This document shows, one piece after another, positions 47,416 to 57,480 of a DNA stretch of 64,000 nt (positions are counted from its first letter, which is position 1; every line of letters starts with the position of its first letter). This DNA comes from an uncultured Clostridium sp. (GTDB lineage Bacteria > Bacillota_I > Bacilli_A > RF39 > UBA660). The stretch lies in assembly GCA_905199855.1 (NCBI GenBank), contig CAJKHY010000004.1:2449-66448 (forward strand), read 5' to 3'. The translations under genes were made by a program, and so were the position numbers. The notes below the pieces were generated by a model that worked only from the letters and a program-made list of their open reading frames with translations, was not told the DNA's origin and did no database searches.

Positions 47416-49983
47416 TCACTTTGCTTCATACCAATTGTTTCCAAATGAAACGTCTACAACAAGAGGTACATTTAATTTATATGCACTATCCATAATATCA
47501 GTTACTAATTTTTCCATTATTTCTTTTTCTTCTTTTGGTACATTGAAGATTAATTCATCGTGTACTTGTAATAACATTTTGCTTTTTAGTTTTCTTCTTT
47601 CTATTTCTTTATCTATTTTTATCATGGCTATTTTTAGGATGTCTGCCGCGGTGCCTTGAATTGGTGTATTTAATGCCATTCTTTCACCCATGCTTCTTAT
47701 CATGTAGTTTTTGTTGTTTAGTTCTTCAATAATCCTTTTGCGGTTGGTAATGGTTTTAACATATCCTTTTTCATGAGCTTCGGCAATGACTTTATTCATA
47801 TAGTCTTTAACTCCTGGATATGTGTTAAAATAATCTTCTATAAACATTTTGGCTTCTGTTGGTGATATTCTTAAATCCTCAGATAGACCAAAACTACTGA
47901 TACCATAGATAATTCCAAAGTTAACGGCTTTAGCTTTTCTTCGCATATCTTTCGTTACAAGTTCAATAGGAACATGGTTTATATCGGCTGCGGTTTTTGT
48001 ATGAATGTCATATCCTTTTTTGAAGGCGTCAATTAATTCGCTGACATTTGACATATGAGCAAAGACACGAAGTTCAATTTGAGAATAATCCGAAGACATC
48101 ATAACGGAATTTTTTTCTGGTATAAAGGCTTTTCTTATTTGTTTTCCTATCTCATTTCTTACTGGAATGTTTTGAAGGTTAGGTTCAACTGAAGATAGTC
48201 TACCTGTTCTTGTTTGGGTTTGGGTATAAATGGTATGTATTTTGTCATCACTAGAGATAATTGATAGTAATGATTCTACATAAGTATAATATAGTTTGCT
48301 TAGGGTACGATATTCTAATATTTTATCAATGATAGGATGTTTTCCTACTAGTTTATTTAAGACAGTAGAATCGGTTACATAACCTATTTTATTTTTTTTA
48401 GCAAATGGTAAACCTAATTTTTCAAAGAGGATGGTTCCAAGTTGTTTAGAAGAGGAGATATTGAATTCACAACCAGCATGGTTATATATGTCTTGGCTTA
48501 TTAATTCAAGTTTTATTTTGATATCTTCTTTCATTTCAAGTAGGACATTTCTATCTATTCTAACTCCTTCAAGTTCCATTTTGGCTAAAACTTCGCTTAG
48601 TGGTAATTCGATATCTTCATATAAATTAGTGATGTTTTCAACATTCATTTTATTTACGAAGGAATCTTTGTTTTTATAAATGAATCTAGCTTTTTCTATG
48701 CTATCTTGGGCTAATGTGGAAATATCATTATAATTTTTATTAAGGGAAATTTCACTGCCAAGGCTATTTACTAAATATGTGATGTCTTCTTTAACATTAT
48801 AGTTTAATAAATAAGCTGAGAGCATAAGATCAAATGTAAAGTTAGAAAATGCTATTTCATGTTTGGTAAGGCTGGCATATACTTTTTTATAATCATAGGT
48901 GTACTTTTCTGTACTTAGTAGAAATGTTGGATTATTTTTTAATATTTCATATGGGATAAATAAGCTGTTTTCTTCGTTATAAACGGAAGCTCCAATAATG
49001 TTGGCTAGGTGATAGTTACTGTTATCTAGTTCTAAGTAAAAAGCACACGGACTAGTAATATTAATTTCTTTGATGTCTTTTACTATTTTAACATTGTTTT
49101 CTGTTTTTTTTGTTTCTACTTTGTTTTGTTGTTTTTTTAAGAAAGAATAAAATTCTAAATCGCTATAAATGGTAATTAATTCATCGGTATTTTCTTTTTG
49201 TATTACTATATCTTCTAGCGTTAGGCCAAGTGGGACATCTTTATAAATCGTGGCTAACTTTTTACTGGCAAAAGCGCTTTCTTTATCTGCCACTAATTTT
49301 TCATGAGTGCTTCCTTTTATTTTGTCAATATTGGCATATAGGTTTTCGATGCTGTCATATTCTTTTAGCAATTTAATAGCTGTTTTTTCTCCAATACCTT
49401 TGACACCTTTGATATTATCACTGACATCTCCTTCTAAGCCCTTTAAATCAATCATTCTAATTGGTTCAATGCCATAGTTCTCATAGAAGACATCACGATT
49501 CATGCGAATATAATCTTTGCTTTTTAATAGTTTTACATCAACTTTGTCACTAATTAGTTGAAGTAAATCTTTATCACTGCTGATGATAGTGCCAATGTAA
49601 TTAGGATTATTATCTATCATTTTAACAAATGTTCCTATGATGTCGTCGGCTTCATAATTATCTATTTCATAATGTTTTACTCCCATGGCATCAAGTATTT
49701 TTTTGGCAACAGGGAACTGCATTTTTAATTCATCAGGTGTTTCGGCACGTCCACCTTTATAATCAGCATAGCTTTCGTGTCTAAATGTTTTGCCCTTGTC
49801 AAAAGCTACCACGATGTATTCTGGTTTTTCTTCGTTAATAATTTTATTCATCATGTTGATAAATCCAAAAAGTCCATTTGTAGGAAAACCTTTAGAATTT
49901 CTCATATTGCTTCCTGAATAAGCCGTGGCATAGTAACTCCTAAATAATAGATTGTTGCCATCTACTAATATTACTTTTTTCAT
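47416..49983 (-). CDS. polA: DNA polymerase I
   Basis: 5'-3' exonuclease N-terminus, polymerase motifs A DYSQIELR and B RRKAKAVNFGIIYG, 855 aa. Confidence 0.95.
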   Translation of the reverse strand: MKKVILVDGNNLLFRSYYATAYSGSNMRNSKGFPTNGLFGFINMMNKIINEEKPEYIVVAFDKGKTFRHESYADYKGGRAETPDELKMQFPVAKKILDAMGVKHYEIDNYEADDIIGTFVKMIDNNPNYIGTIISSDKDLLQLISDKVDVKLLKSKDYIRMNRDVFYENYGIEPIRMIDLKGLEGDVSDNIKGVKGIGEKTAIKLLKEYDSIENLYANIDKIKGSTHEKLVADKESAFASKKLATIYKDVPLGLTLEDIVIQKENTDELITIYSDLEFYSFLKKQQNKVETKKTENNVKIVKDIKEINITSPCAFYLELDNSNYHLANIIGASVYNEENSLFIPYEILKNNPTFLLSTEKYTYDYKKVYASLTKHEIAFSNFTFDLMLSAYLLNYNVKEDITYLVNSLGSEISLNKNYNDISTLAQDSIEKARFIYKNKDSFVNKMNVENITNLYEDIELPLSEVLAKMELEGVRIDRNVLLEMKEDIKIKLELISQDIYNHAGCEFNISSSKQLGTILFEKLGLPFAKKNKIGYVTDSTVLNKLVGKHPIIDKILEYRTLSKLYYTYVESLLSIISSDDKIHTIYTQTQTRTGRLSSVEPNLQNIPVRNEIGKQIRKAFIPEKNSVMMSSDYSQIELRVFAHMSNVSELIDAFKKGYDIHTKTAADINHVPIELVTKDMRRKAKAVNFGIIYGISSFGLSEDLRISPTEAKMFIEDYFNTYPGVKDYMNKVIAEAHEKGYVKTITNRKRIIEELNNKNYMIRSMGERMALNTPIQGTAADILKIAMIKIDKEIERRKLKSKMLLQVHDELIFNVPKEEKEIMEKLVTDIMDSAYKLNVPLVVDVSFGNNWYEAK

Positions 49984-50216
49984 ATAATTACCTCACTTTT
50001 ATATTGATTTATCACAAAATTCCTGCGTTTTTTGATTTAAAAAGAACATTTTTCTTTTTTTACTTTTATGTTTTGTTTTTTATCTGTATATTTATTATAA
50101 TATATTAGAATAATAATGTCAACATTGTTTCATACAATTGTTTGAGTGTTTGGTGACAGATATGCACTAAAACAGCGTAGCAAATGTATAAAAAGAAAAA
50201 GTACTATCTACTTTTC

Positions 50217-50711
50217 CTATTTTAATACTAAATACAAGATTAGAGCTAAACTTACTAGAGTTAGAAATAAGATCCCCGTTAGTTTAACATAGCCTTGTTT
50301 TCTTAAAGAATCTAGTAAGTTTATTTTAAAGATATCTTTATCTGCATGGGTTTTTGATATTAAGACACCTTTATATGTTTTTAATTCACTTTGATGTCCT
50401 TCGTCAAGTATATCTTCAGGAGAAATTGTATTTAACATGACTATTTTTTGATTTTCATAAACAGTATAATGTAAGACAATATCTCCATATACTTTTGAAA
50501 ATGTTCTATCTGTTGGTAATTTTAAATCATATTTGGTAATTCCTTCGGCTTTATTTGTGGATGTTATGACTCCCATGAAATTACCTTCTTTTAGTGCAGG
50601 ATAGTATTCAAACATTAATTTTTTGTATGCCAGCATATTATATTTTTTTATTGATTTCTCTTTTTTGCGAAATTCATTTTCATTAACATAATCAATAATA
50701 AAATTTTGCAT
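50217..50711 (-). CDS. Hypothetical C-tail-anchored membrane protein
   Basis: Single C-terminal TM LTGILFLTLVSLALILYLVL. Confidence 0.3.
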   Translation of the reverse strand: MQNFIIDYVNENEFRKKEKSIKKYNMLAYKKLMFEYYPALKEGNFMGVITSTNKAEGITKYDLKLPTDRTFSKVYGDIVLHYTVYENQKIVMLNTISPEDILDEGHQSELKTYKGVLISKTHADKDIFKINLLDSLRKQGYVKLTGILFLTLVSLALILYLVLK

Positions 50712-50722
50712 TAATAATCACC

Positions 50723-51046
50723 TTATTTTTTTAAAATTAAATATAATACGAGGAATACACCTACGGCAATTAACGATCCAAGTCCTGCCATTCTTGTAAA
50801 TCCTGCACGGGTACTATTGATTTCAGTGAAAGATCCATATTTATTAAATGGTTTTCTTACTCTGGTATAAGGCTTCATCATTTTTAGATTGCTTCCTTGA
50901 TTAAAGCTACTTGGGTCATAATTGTTACTAGTTTTGATAATTTCAATATCGGTGTTCTCATCTATTTGTCTTTTGTTTACTAGTTCTTCTTTTACAATTT
51001 CTTCATTTTCATTCATTTTTATTTCCATCCTTTCTTTTGTTAGCAC
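50723..51046 (-). CDS. Hypothetical C-tail-anchored membrane protein
   Basis: Single C-terminal TM GLGSLIAVGVFLVLYLIL; start may be internal (MNENEE) because the ORF overlaps dnaI. Confidence 0.3.
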   Translation of the reverse strand: MLTKERMEIKMNENEEIVKEELVNKRQIDENTDIEIIKTSNNYDPSSFNQGSNLKMMKPYTRVRKPFNKYGSFTEINSTRAGFTRMAGLGSLIAVGVFLVLYLILKK

Positions 51047-51944
51047 TAATCAAATGGATTTGATCAGTCATAAACTTAATTCTTTCAATTATTCTTCTTG
51101 ATTTTACTTTGTCTACTCGATTACCGACTATGCTTAGGTTTTCTTCTAATTCTTCAATGGTTAGGTTTGAGGTGAAGAATGTTTTTAAGTTTTCTTCCAT
51201 TCGATATTGAAGTATTGTTCCCAAGATTTCGTCTCTACTCCATGCCGTTGTGGTTTCAGCCCCAATATCATCAATTAATAATAGTTCTACGTTTCTAATA
51301 TATTCAAACTGTCTATTATAGTCTTCGTCTCCAAAGTTTGATTTTAATGTTCTTAGGAAGTCTGGAAAGAAGATGATGGCTACTTTGTGTCCGTTTTTGG
51401 CTAGTTCATTTAGCATGGCACTTAGTAGATAGGTTTTCCCACTTCCAAAGTTACCTGTTAGGTAGAGTCCTTTAATTTTTTTGTCTTTTTCATAATTGTC
51501 AAGGAAATGCTTCATCCATTTTATGGTTTCTAAGCGGTTTTTATCATCGGTATAGATATCTTTCATTTTGGCATTTTTAATTTCTGTAGGCATTTCAAAT
51601 AAACTGATATTTTCTTTGAATTTATTTTCTTTTTCTAATTTTTTTTGATATTTGCAAGGGATGTAGTCAAATATTAAGTTGTTACCATTTGCGGTTGGAT
51701 AATAAATATATCCTCCTACTTCATGATTACATTCTAACACATTTTTACAGTTTTGGCAATGGCTTAATTCACTTGCTGTTTTTTGTAATTTTGATGTATA
51801 TTTCATTAAATCTTTATTGGGCATATTTAGTCTAGCAACAAGTTTTTTGAAATTAGCATCTTCCATGGATTCGTTGAAATATCTTTCTAATTTAAGGTGG
51901 ATGTTTTTATCAAACTTGCTAATTACTTTACTTAAGTTTTCCAT
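51009..51944 (-). CDS. dnaI: Primosomal helicase loader DnaI
   Basis: N-terminal zinc-binding CQNCKN...C, AAA+ Walker A GNFGSGKTYLLSA, Walker B LLLIDDIG. Confidence 0.8.
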   Translation of the reverse strand: MENLSKVISKFDKNIHLKLERYFNESMEDANFKKLVARLNMPNKDLMKYTSKLQKTASELSHCQNCKNVLECNHEVGGYIYYPTANGNNLIFDYIPCKYQKKLEKENKFKENISLFEMPTEIKNAKMKDIYTDDKNRLETIKWMKHFLDNYEKDKKIKGLYLTGNFGSGKTYLLSAMLNELAKNGHKVAIIFFPDFLRTLKSNFGDEDYNRQFEYIRNVELLLIDDIGAETTTAWSRDEILGTILQYRMEENLKTFFTSNLTIEELEENLSIVGNRVDKVKSRRIIERIKFMTDQIHLISANKRKDGNKNE

Positions 51945-51945
51945 A

Positions 51946-53229
51946 TTATCTATACTCCTTTAATAAATCCGCCATTTCTTCTTTTTCTTCTTGGCTTACT
52001 TCTTTTTTGGATATTTCCTTATCAAACCATTCTGGTAGTTTGGTTTCAATTTGTTTTTGTTTGACTTCATTTTTTTTGTGATATTTTTTATGTTCTTTTT
52101 CGGCCAAGGTCATGGCTTCATCAACGGTTTCAATGTGAAGGCGCTGCCACTGGCCTGCGATGGTTTCAATAAAGCTGCGATTTAGTTTTTTGTTGTTTAC
52201 TTTTAAGGTATAATCTAATAGGACATTAACTACGCCTGGTTTTAATTTGAAATCAACAAGTAAATCTTCGATTAGCTTTAAGTCTCTTCTTGATGGTTCT
52301 ATTTTGTTATTTCTGTTTTTAAGTAGATCTTTAGGTGATATTCTTTCAAAGTCATAGATGATTTTGCTTCTGTTCGAACTATCTCCAATAGGTTTTCTTA
52401 AGTATTCTGGTTGAGTTGCATCGATTAGGCTAGGTAGTAATCCCCCATTTTCAAACTGGTAATAGTTTCTACAATTTTTTCTTAATTCTTCTTTGTTGAT
52501 TAAGCCTCGTTCATTAATGCAACCTTTGATGATATTTGCCATTTTCATGACATCAAGGTCATATATGTAAGATAAGTTTATGATCAGTTCTTTGGTTTCT
52601 TTATTTAGTGCTTTGTCGCTGATAATGTTTTTTGGTAAGGATGAGGTTAGAAAATCAAAGTCAAAGTTACTGTTAATATTTAATTTTAATTTATTATACT
52701 TTCTTACGTTATCATTAATTACTTCGTAGGATGTTAGGGGTATTGAGCCAAATATTTCATTGAATGATGAGGTGATGTTTTGGTAATTACTTGTATTTAT
52801 TTTTGGCATTTTAAAATAATTTACTAAATGTTCATACTCGTTTTTACCAATATTATTGTAAAGTACAATGTTTAAAATGGGGTGATTGAATAGTTCGCTT
52901 GGACTTATTGGCGAATATAGTTCATAGATATAGTTATTTATACTGCCATCACTAAAATAGGTTTTTAGTAGTCCTATGGCCTCTAGTTTTTTTCTTGCAT
53001 TTACTATTTCGCTCATGGTAATGTGCATGTTGGTTAGTAAATGATGGTGGGTATATTCTTTACTCATTAATTCTTCTTTATCAAGGTCTACTAAGAATAG
53101 TTTATATAAGATTATGGGAATGGGTCCAATTATTGGTAGATATAACATATCTAGGACTTTTTTGTCATAATCAGTTATGATACTTTTATTTACGACAATA
53201 TAAGTATCTGCTGGAAGAATTTCGCACAT
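51946..53229 (-). CDS. dnaB: Replication initiation and membrane attachment protein DnaB (Bacillus-type)
   Basis: Position immediately upstream of dnaI, size and DnaB_2/DnaD-like C-terminal region. Confidence 0.65.
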   Translation of the reverse strand: MCEILPADTYIVVNKSIITDYDKKVLDMLYLPIIGPIPIILYKLFLVDLDKEELMSKEYTHHHLLTNMHITMSEIVNARKKLEAIGLLKTYFSDGSINNYIYELYSPISPSELFNHPILNIVLYNNIGKNEYEHLVNYFKMPKINTSNYQNITSSFNEIFGSIPLTSYEVINDNVRKYNKLKLNINSNFDFDFLTSSLPKNIISDKALNKETKELIINLSYIYDLDVMKMANIIKGCINERGLINKEELRKNCRNYYQFENGGLLPSLIDATQPEYLRKPIGDSSNRSKIIYDFERISPKDLLKNRNNKIEPSRRDLKLIEDLLVDFKLKPGVVNVLLDYTLKVNNKKLNRSFIETIAGQWQRLHIETVDEAMTLAEKEHKKYHKKNEVKQKQIETKLPEWFDKEISKKEVSQEEKEEMADLLKEYR

Positions 53230-53344
53230 ATTATCACCATCTTTATCAATATTGTACCTTAAAATGTTGTTAAAGTCTATATTTTTTACAGTAAATTATG
53301 TTAAACTTAACATAAAGAAAAAAAGAAGTAATTTTTTTACTTAT

Positions 53345-54328
53345 TTAATTGTTTTTTAAGTAGTTAATTACTTCATCAAAGGTGTGAACTTTGATTATTT
53401 TCATGTTGTAGTTATACTCATTTTTTACTTGGATTGCTTCTTCGTAGTTTTCTTCTGGTACAAAGATTAAATCAATATTTTTTTTGCTTGCTCCGATTAT
53501 TTTGTATTTGACTCCGCCTATTTCTCCAATGGTCCCATCTTTTTCTATCGTACCTGTGCCAGCGATGGATTTTCCTTTTATTAAATCTTCGTTTGTTATA
53601 TTTTCATAAATGCTTAGGGTTAACATCATACCACCTGAGCTACCACTTTCACTTTGTTTGAATTTTAAGGTTATGGCAGGGTCTAAATCATAGTCATAGT
53701 CTGTTACAATGACCACGCCAATTTTACCGTCTTTGCCAACCTTGCAATTGGCATCTTTATTTGTTCCATCACGGTCGATTACAAAATTTATGGTATCATT
53801 ATAATTACTTGAGGATACGATGTCATTTATTTCTTTGGAATGTTTGATATCATTATCATTTGCTTTTAATATTTTGTCTCCTACTTTGAAATCACAAGTG
53901 GATTCTTCAGTGATTCCTAGTATGTAGTGGGTTTCTCCAGTTATTTTTATTTCTTTGTTGGCATGGGTATAGGCAACATATATGGCTGTATCTATGGAAT
54001 TATTTAACATTATTTTGTTTCTTAATTCGATTTCTTTTGTACTTTCATGGCTTATTTGTCTTTCACTATTATCAAATAAGTCCCATTTGTTTGAAAATTT
54101 TGTTATAAGATAAGTTGGGATGGTGGCTTTTATTTCTGTTGCATACATTAGGTAGAGGTTGCCATTAACTTTATTTCTTGTGTCTACGTTTACTCGATCA
54201 CTTATATCAATTGTACCTCCCGGGGCTAAAATATAAAATGGGAGTTCATAGTTGAAGATAAAATAAATTAGTATTAAGATAAAAATTGTAAGGGTGTTTT
54301 CTTTTAACCACTTTTTTATTTTGTTCAT
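53345..54328 (-). CDS. YlbL/SepM-type PDZ-containing Lon-like (S16) serine protease
   Basis: N-terminal TM, PDZ domain, C-terminal Lon proteolytic domain with GGSSGGMM (Ser) and K dyad. Confidence 0.7.
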   Translation of the reverse strand: MNKIKKWLKENTLTIFILILIYFIFNYELPFYILAPGGTIDISDRVNVDTRNKVNGNLYLMYATEIKATIPTYLITKFSNKWDLFDNSERQISHESTKEIELRNKIMLNNSIDTAIYVAYTHANKEIKITGETHYILGITEESTCDFKVGDKILKANDNDIKHSKEINDIVSSSNYNDTINFVIDRDGTNKDANCKVGKDGKIGVVIVTDYDYDLDPAITLKFKQSESGSSGGMMLTLSIYENITNEDLIKGKSIAGTGTIEKDGTIGEIGGVKYKIIGASKKNIDLIFVPEENYEEAIQVKNEYNYNMKIIKVHTFDEVINYLKNN

Positions 54329-54393
54329 TTGCTCACCTACTTTAATTTATGTTTTTTTCATGCAATTTATTTCATATAATGAAGTGTGATATT

Positions 54394-55329
54394 ATGAAAA
54401 AAAAAGATATTTTTATTATTGTTTTATTTATTTATTTACTTGTTCAAATAGTTGAATTTAAGGAAGTTGTCTTTGAAGCAGGAACTTTGGCTATTAATAT
54501 TTGGAAGAATAATTTGGTTCCTTCTTTGTTGCCTTTTTTTATTATATCTAATATTTTGATTAATTATAATATAGGTTTTTATTTGTCTAAGTTAATAGAT
54601 CCTATTTTTAGAAAAATATATAAGATTAATAGTAACTCTACTGTTATTTTAATGCTTAGTATGGTTTCTGGTTTTCCTAGTAATGCTAAGTATACAAGGG
54701 AAATGTATGAGAATGGTATTTTGAGTAAGAAGGAGGCTGAAAAGATACTTATTTTCTCGCATTTTTCTAATCCTTTATTTGTTTTGGGGACTTTGGCTGG
54801 GATGTTTCTTAAGAATGAGAAACTGGGTTTTATTATTTTGATTAGTCATGTGTTTGGTAATTTTATTTTGGGGTTTATTTTTAGGAATTATGCTGTTAGT
54901 GGAGAAGTAAATGGAGATAATAGTTTTAATGATAAGAAGTTCAGTAAGATTTTTGTTAATTCTGTTAAAAAGGGAATGGATAGTTTGATATTAATTCTTG
55001 GTACTTTAATATCTTTTTTGGTAATATCTAAGGTTGTTGTAACTAAAATTAATACTAGTGTTTATAATGAGATGTTAATTACAGGGTTATTTGAGGTTAC
55101 TAGTGGGTTAAAGTATTTGGCTAGTTTGAATTTGAGTGATATTTATAAAACAGTAATATCTACATTCTTTTTATCCTTTGGGGGATTATGTGTACAAATG
55201 CAAGTTATTAGTAGTTTAGATGGTACTGGTATTTCTTGTGGGCCCTACATGATGGGGAGAGTTTTACACGGAATAATTTCTAGTATTTTAGCTTATTTGC
55301 TATATATGTTTTATTTTTGCCTGTTTTGA
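54394..55329 (+). CDS. Sporulation integral membrane protein YlbJ-like (nucleoside-recognition/Gate domain)
   Basis: Polytopic, Gate-domain pattern; start taken at MKKKDIFIIV. Confidence 0.55.
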   Translation: MKKKDIFIIVLFIYLLVQIVEFKEVVFEAGTLAINIWKNNLVPSLLPFFIISNILINYNIGFYLSKLIDPIFRKIYKINSNSTVILMLSMVSGFPSNAKYTREMYENGILSKKEAEKILIFSHFSNPLFVLGTLAGMFLKNEKLGFIILISHVFGNFILGFIFRNYAVSGEVNGDNSFNDKKFSKIFVNSVKKGMDSLILILGTLISFLVISKVVVTKINTSVYNEMLITGLFEVTSGLKYLASLNLSDIYKTVISTFFLSFGGLCVQMQVISSLDGTGISCGPYMMGRVLHGIISSILAYLLYMFYFCLF

Positions 55330-55959
55330 TAGGGCTTCTTTAGCAGCCTGTTGTTCGGCACCTTTTTTGGAAGATGCTTTACCTTTTCCATAGATAATTC
55401 CATCTACTTTGACAATGCATTCAAATGTTTTTTGATGGGCTGGGCCATATTCATTAATTATTTCATATTCAACGCTTTTTTTGACGGTTTGAACTAGTTC
55501 TTGCAACTCTGATTTGTAATCGTTCATGAATTTTGTGCCCGCTTCTAAGTAGGGAACGATTTTATCTAAGACAAATTTTTTAGTGGCTTCTAAGCCTTTA
55601 TCTAGGTATAGGGCTCCAGTAAAGGCTTCAAAGACATCTGCCATGATAGTTTCGTTTGCTTTTATGGTATCACCACTTCCAAGAAGTATATATTTATCAA
55701 AGTTTAAGTCGCTGGCATATGTATATAAGGCTTGTTCACATACGTAAGCGGCACGGGTTTTGGTCATATCTCCTTCTTCAAAGGCTTTTTCTTTATAAAG
55801 ATAGTCACTCATGATTAGTTCAATGACGGCATCTCCTAAAAATTCTAATCTTTCATAACTGGATACATCGTGCTCATTACTATAAGAAGTGTGAGTGAGA
55901 GCTGTTTGATATAAATATTCTTTATCTGTATTGATATTTAGGTTATCTAATAGTTCCAT
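55300..55959 (-). CDS. rnc: Ribonuclease III
   Basis: ERLEFLGDAV signature, C-terminal dsRBD. Confidence 0.9.
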   Translation of the reverse strand: MELLDNLNINTDKEYLYQTALTHTSYSNEHDVSSYERLEFLGDAVIELIMSDYLYKEKAFEEGDMTKTRAAYVCEQALYTYASDLNFDKYILLGSGDTIKANETIMADVFEAFTGALYLDKGLEATKKFVLDKIVPYLEAGTKFMNDYKSELQELVQTVKKSVEYEIINEYGPAHQKTFECIVKVDGIIYGKGKASSKKGAEQQAAKEALSKQAKIKHI

Positions 55960-56100
55960 GATAAAACCGCCTTTCTTATTAATTATATCACAGATATCTG
56001 TAAATATTTATTTTTTTTAGTTAATATTTTTATATGTAAAGAGAAATAAAAGTTATTTGCATATTTTATTTGGCATGTTATAATTATGGAGAGGTGAATT

Positions 56101-56601
56101 ATGACAGAGACGTTGGCTAATTATTTTGTAGAATTATTTAAATGTTTAGATAAGAATTTAGTTGTTTTTATTATTTCTTTGTTGCCAATACTGGAACTTA
56201 GAGGTGGATTAATCGCTGCAAGTTTGCTTAAGCTTCCTTTTGTTAGTTCATTTATTATATGTTTTATTGGTAATATTTTGCCAATTCCTTTAATTCTTTT
56301 GTTTTTGGATAAGGTTTTTGGTATGTTAAAGAGGAATGATACTATAAAGAAGTGGATCGATAAGTTAGAGAAGAGATCTTTAGATAAGAGTGAGCAGATA
56401 AAGAAATATCAATATTTGGGGTTGTTTCTTTTTGTAGCTATTCCACTTCCTGGGACCGGAGCATGGACAGGATCGATGATTGCTTCTTTGATGGGGATGG
56501 ACCGCAAAAAAGCATTTGTGGCTATTGCACTTGGTATTTTAGGTGCTGGAATAATTATGAGTATTTTCTCTTATGGAATTTTATCTAATATAATAAAATA
56601 A
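56101..56601 (+). CDS. Small polytopic membrane protein (COG2426-like)
   Basis: Four TM helices, 166 aa; no catalytic motif. Confidence 0.4.
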   Translation: MTETLANYFVELFKCLDKNLVVFIISLLPILELRGGLIAASLLKLPFVSSFIICFIGNILPIPLILLFLDKVFGMLKRNDTIKKWIDKLEKRSLDKSEQIKKYQYLGLFLFVAIPLPGTGAWTGSMIASLMGMDRKKAFVAIALGILGAGIIMSIFSYGILSNIIK

Positions 56602-56667
56602 TGAGACTTGATTTTTTTAGCACTATTTTGTTTGCTATGTTGTTTAATTTGGTAGATTAGTATTAAA

Positions 56668-56696
56668 AAAGATACATTTTGTATCTTTATTTTTTT
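56668..56696. terminator. Bidirectional terminator between the membrane protein gene and the pseudouridine synthase gene
   Basis: AAGATACA-tt-TGTATCTT with A-run 5' and T-run 3'. Confidence 0.5.
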
Positions 56697-57403
56697 AAGT
56701 TATATAGTTTTTTTACTTCTTTGATAGTTAGAGGACGATATTCACCAGTTTTAACTCCATCTAGGGTAAGAAAGGAATATTTTTCTCTTTTTAGTTTTAT
56801 CACTTCATGACCTAGAGATTCAAACATTTTTCTTACTTGTTTGTTGTGTCCTTCATGAATTGTTATTTCTATAATGCTATTATTTTCTTTTTTATTTATT
56901 TTTATTAGTTTGACTTTGGCTTTGCTGGTTTTGTAGTTATCTATGAGGATGCCGTTTCTTAATTTTTTTATTTCATAGCCTGTTACGAGGCCTTTTACTT
57001 TAGCAACATAGGTTTTGTCGATGTTATATGATGGGTGCATTAACATATTGGCAAGGTTGCCATCGTTGGTTAAAAGTATTAGTCCTGTGGTATCATAATC
57101 CAGTCTGCCTATTGGGTATATTCTAGCATTTGTTTTAACAATATCTGTAACTGTTTTCCTGTGTTTATCATCTGTTACGGCGGAGATTACTTCTCTTGGT
57201 TTGTTTAGTAAGTAATATTCATAACTTTTTTTATTGTCTATAACGGTTCCTTCCACTAATATTTCATCATTATTTTTGACTTTGGTACCTAGTGTTGTAA
57301 TAATGTTACCATTGACTGAAACCTTGCCGTTTGTAATTAGTTCTTCGGCTTTTCTTCTTGAACAATATCCTGAAGTGGCTATAACTTTTTGTAATCTTTC
57401 CAT
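56687..57403 (-). CDS. RsuA/RluB-family pseudouridine synthase with N-terminal S4 domain
   Basis: S4 domain MERLQKVIATSGYCSRRKAEELI; catalytic GRLDYDTTGLIL. Confidence 0.8.
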   Translation of the reverse strand: MERLQKVIATSGYCSRRKAEELITNGKVSVNGNIITTLGTKVKNNDEILVEGTVIDNKKSYEYYLLNKPREVISAVTDDKHRKTVTDIVKTNARIYPIGRLDYDTTGLILLTNDGNLANMLMHPSYNIDKTYVAKVKGLVTGYEIKKLRNGILIDNYKTSKAKVKLIKINKKENNSIIEITIHEGHNKQVRKMFESLGHEVIKLKREKYSFLTLDGVKTGEYRPLTIKEVKKLYNLKK

Positions 57404-57480
57404 AATAACCCCTTTCTATTTATAATTTATCATATATTGTTATTAACAAAATTATTTTTTGTTGTTTTTATTTTATTTGA

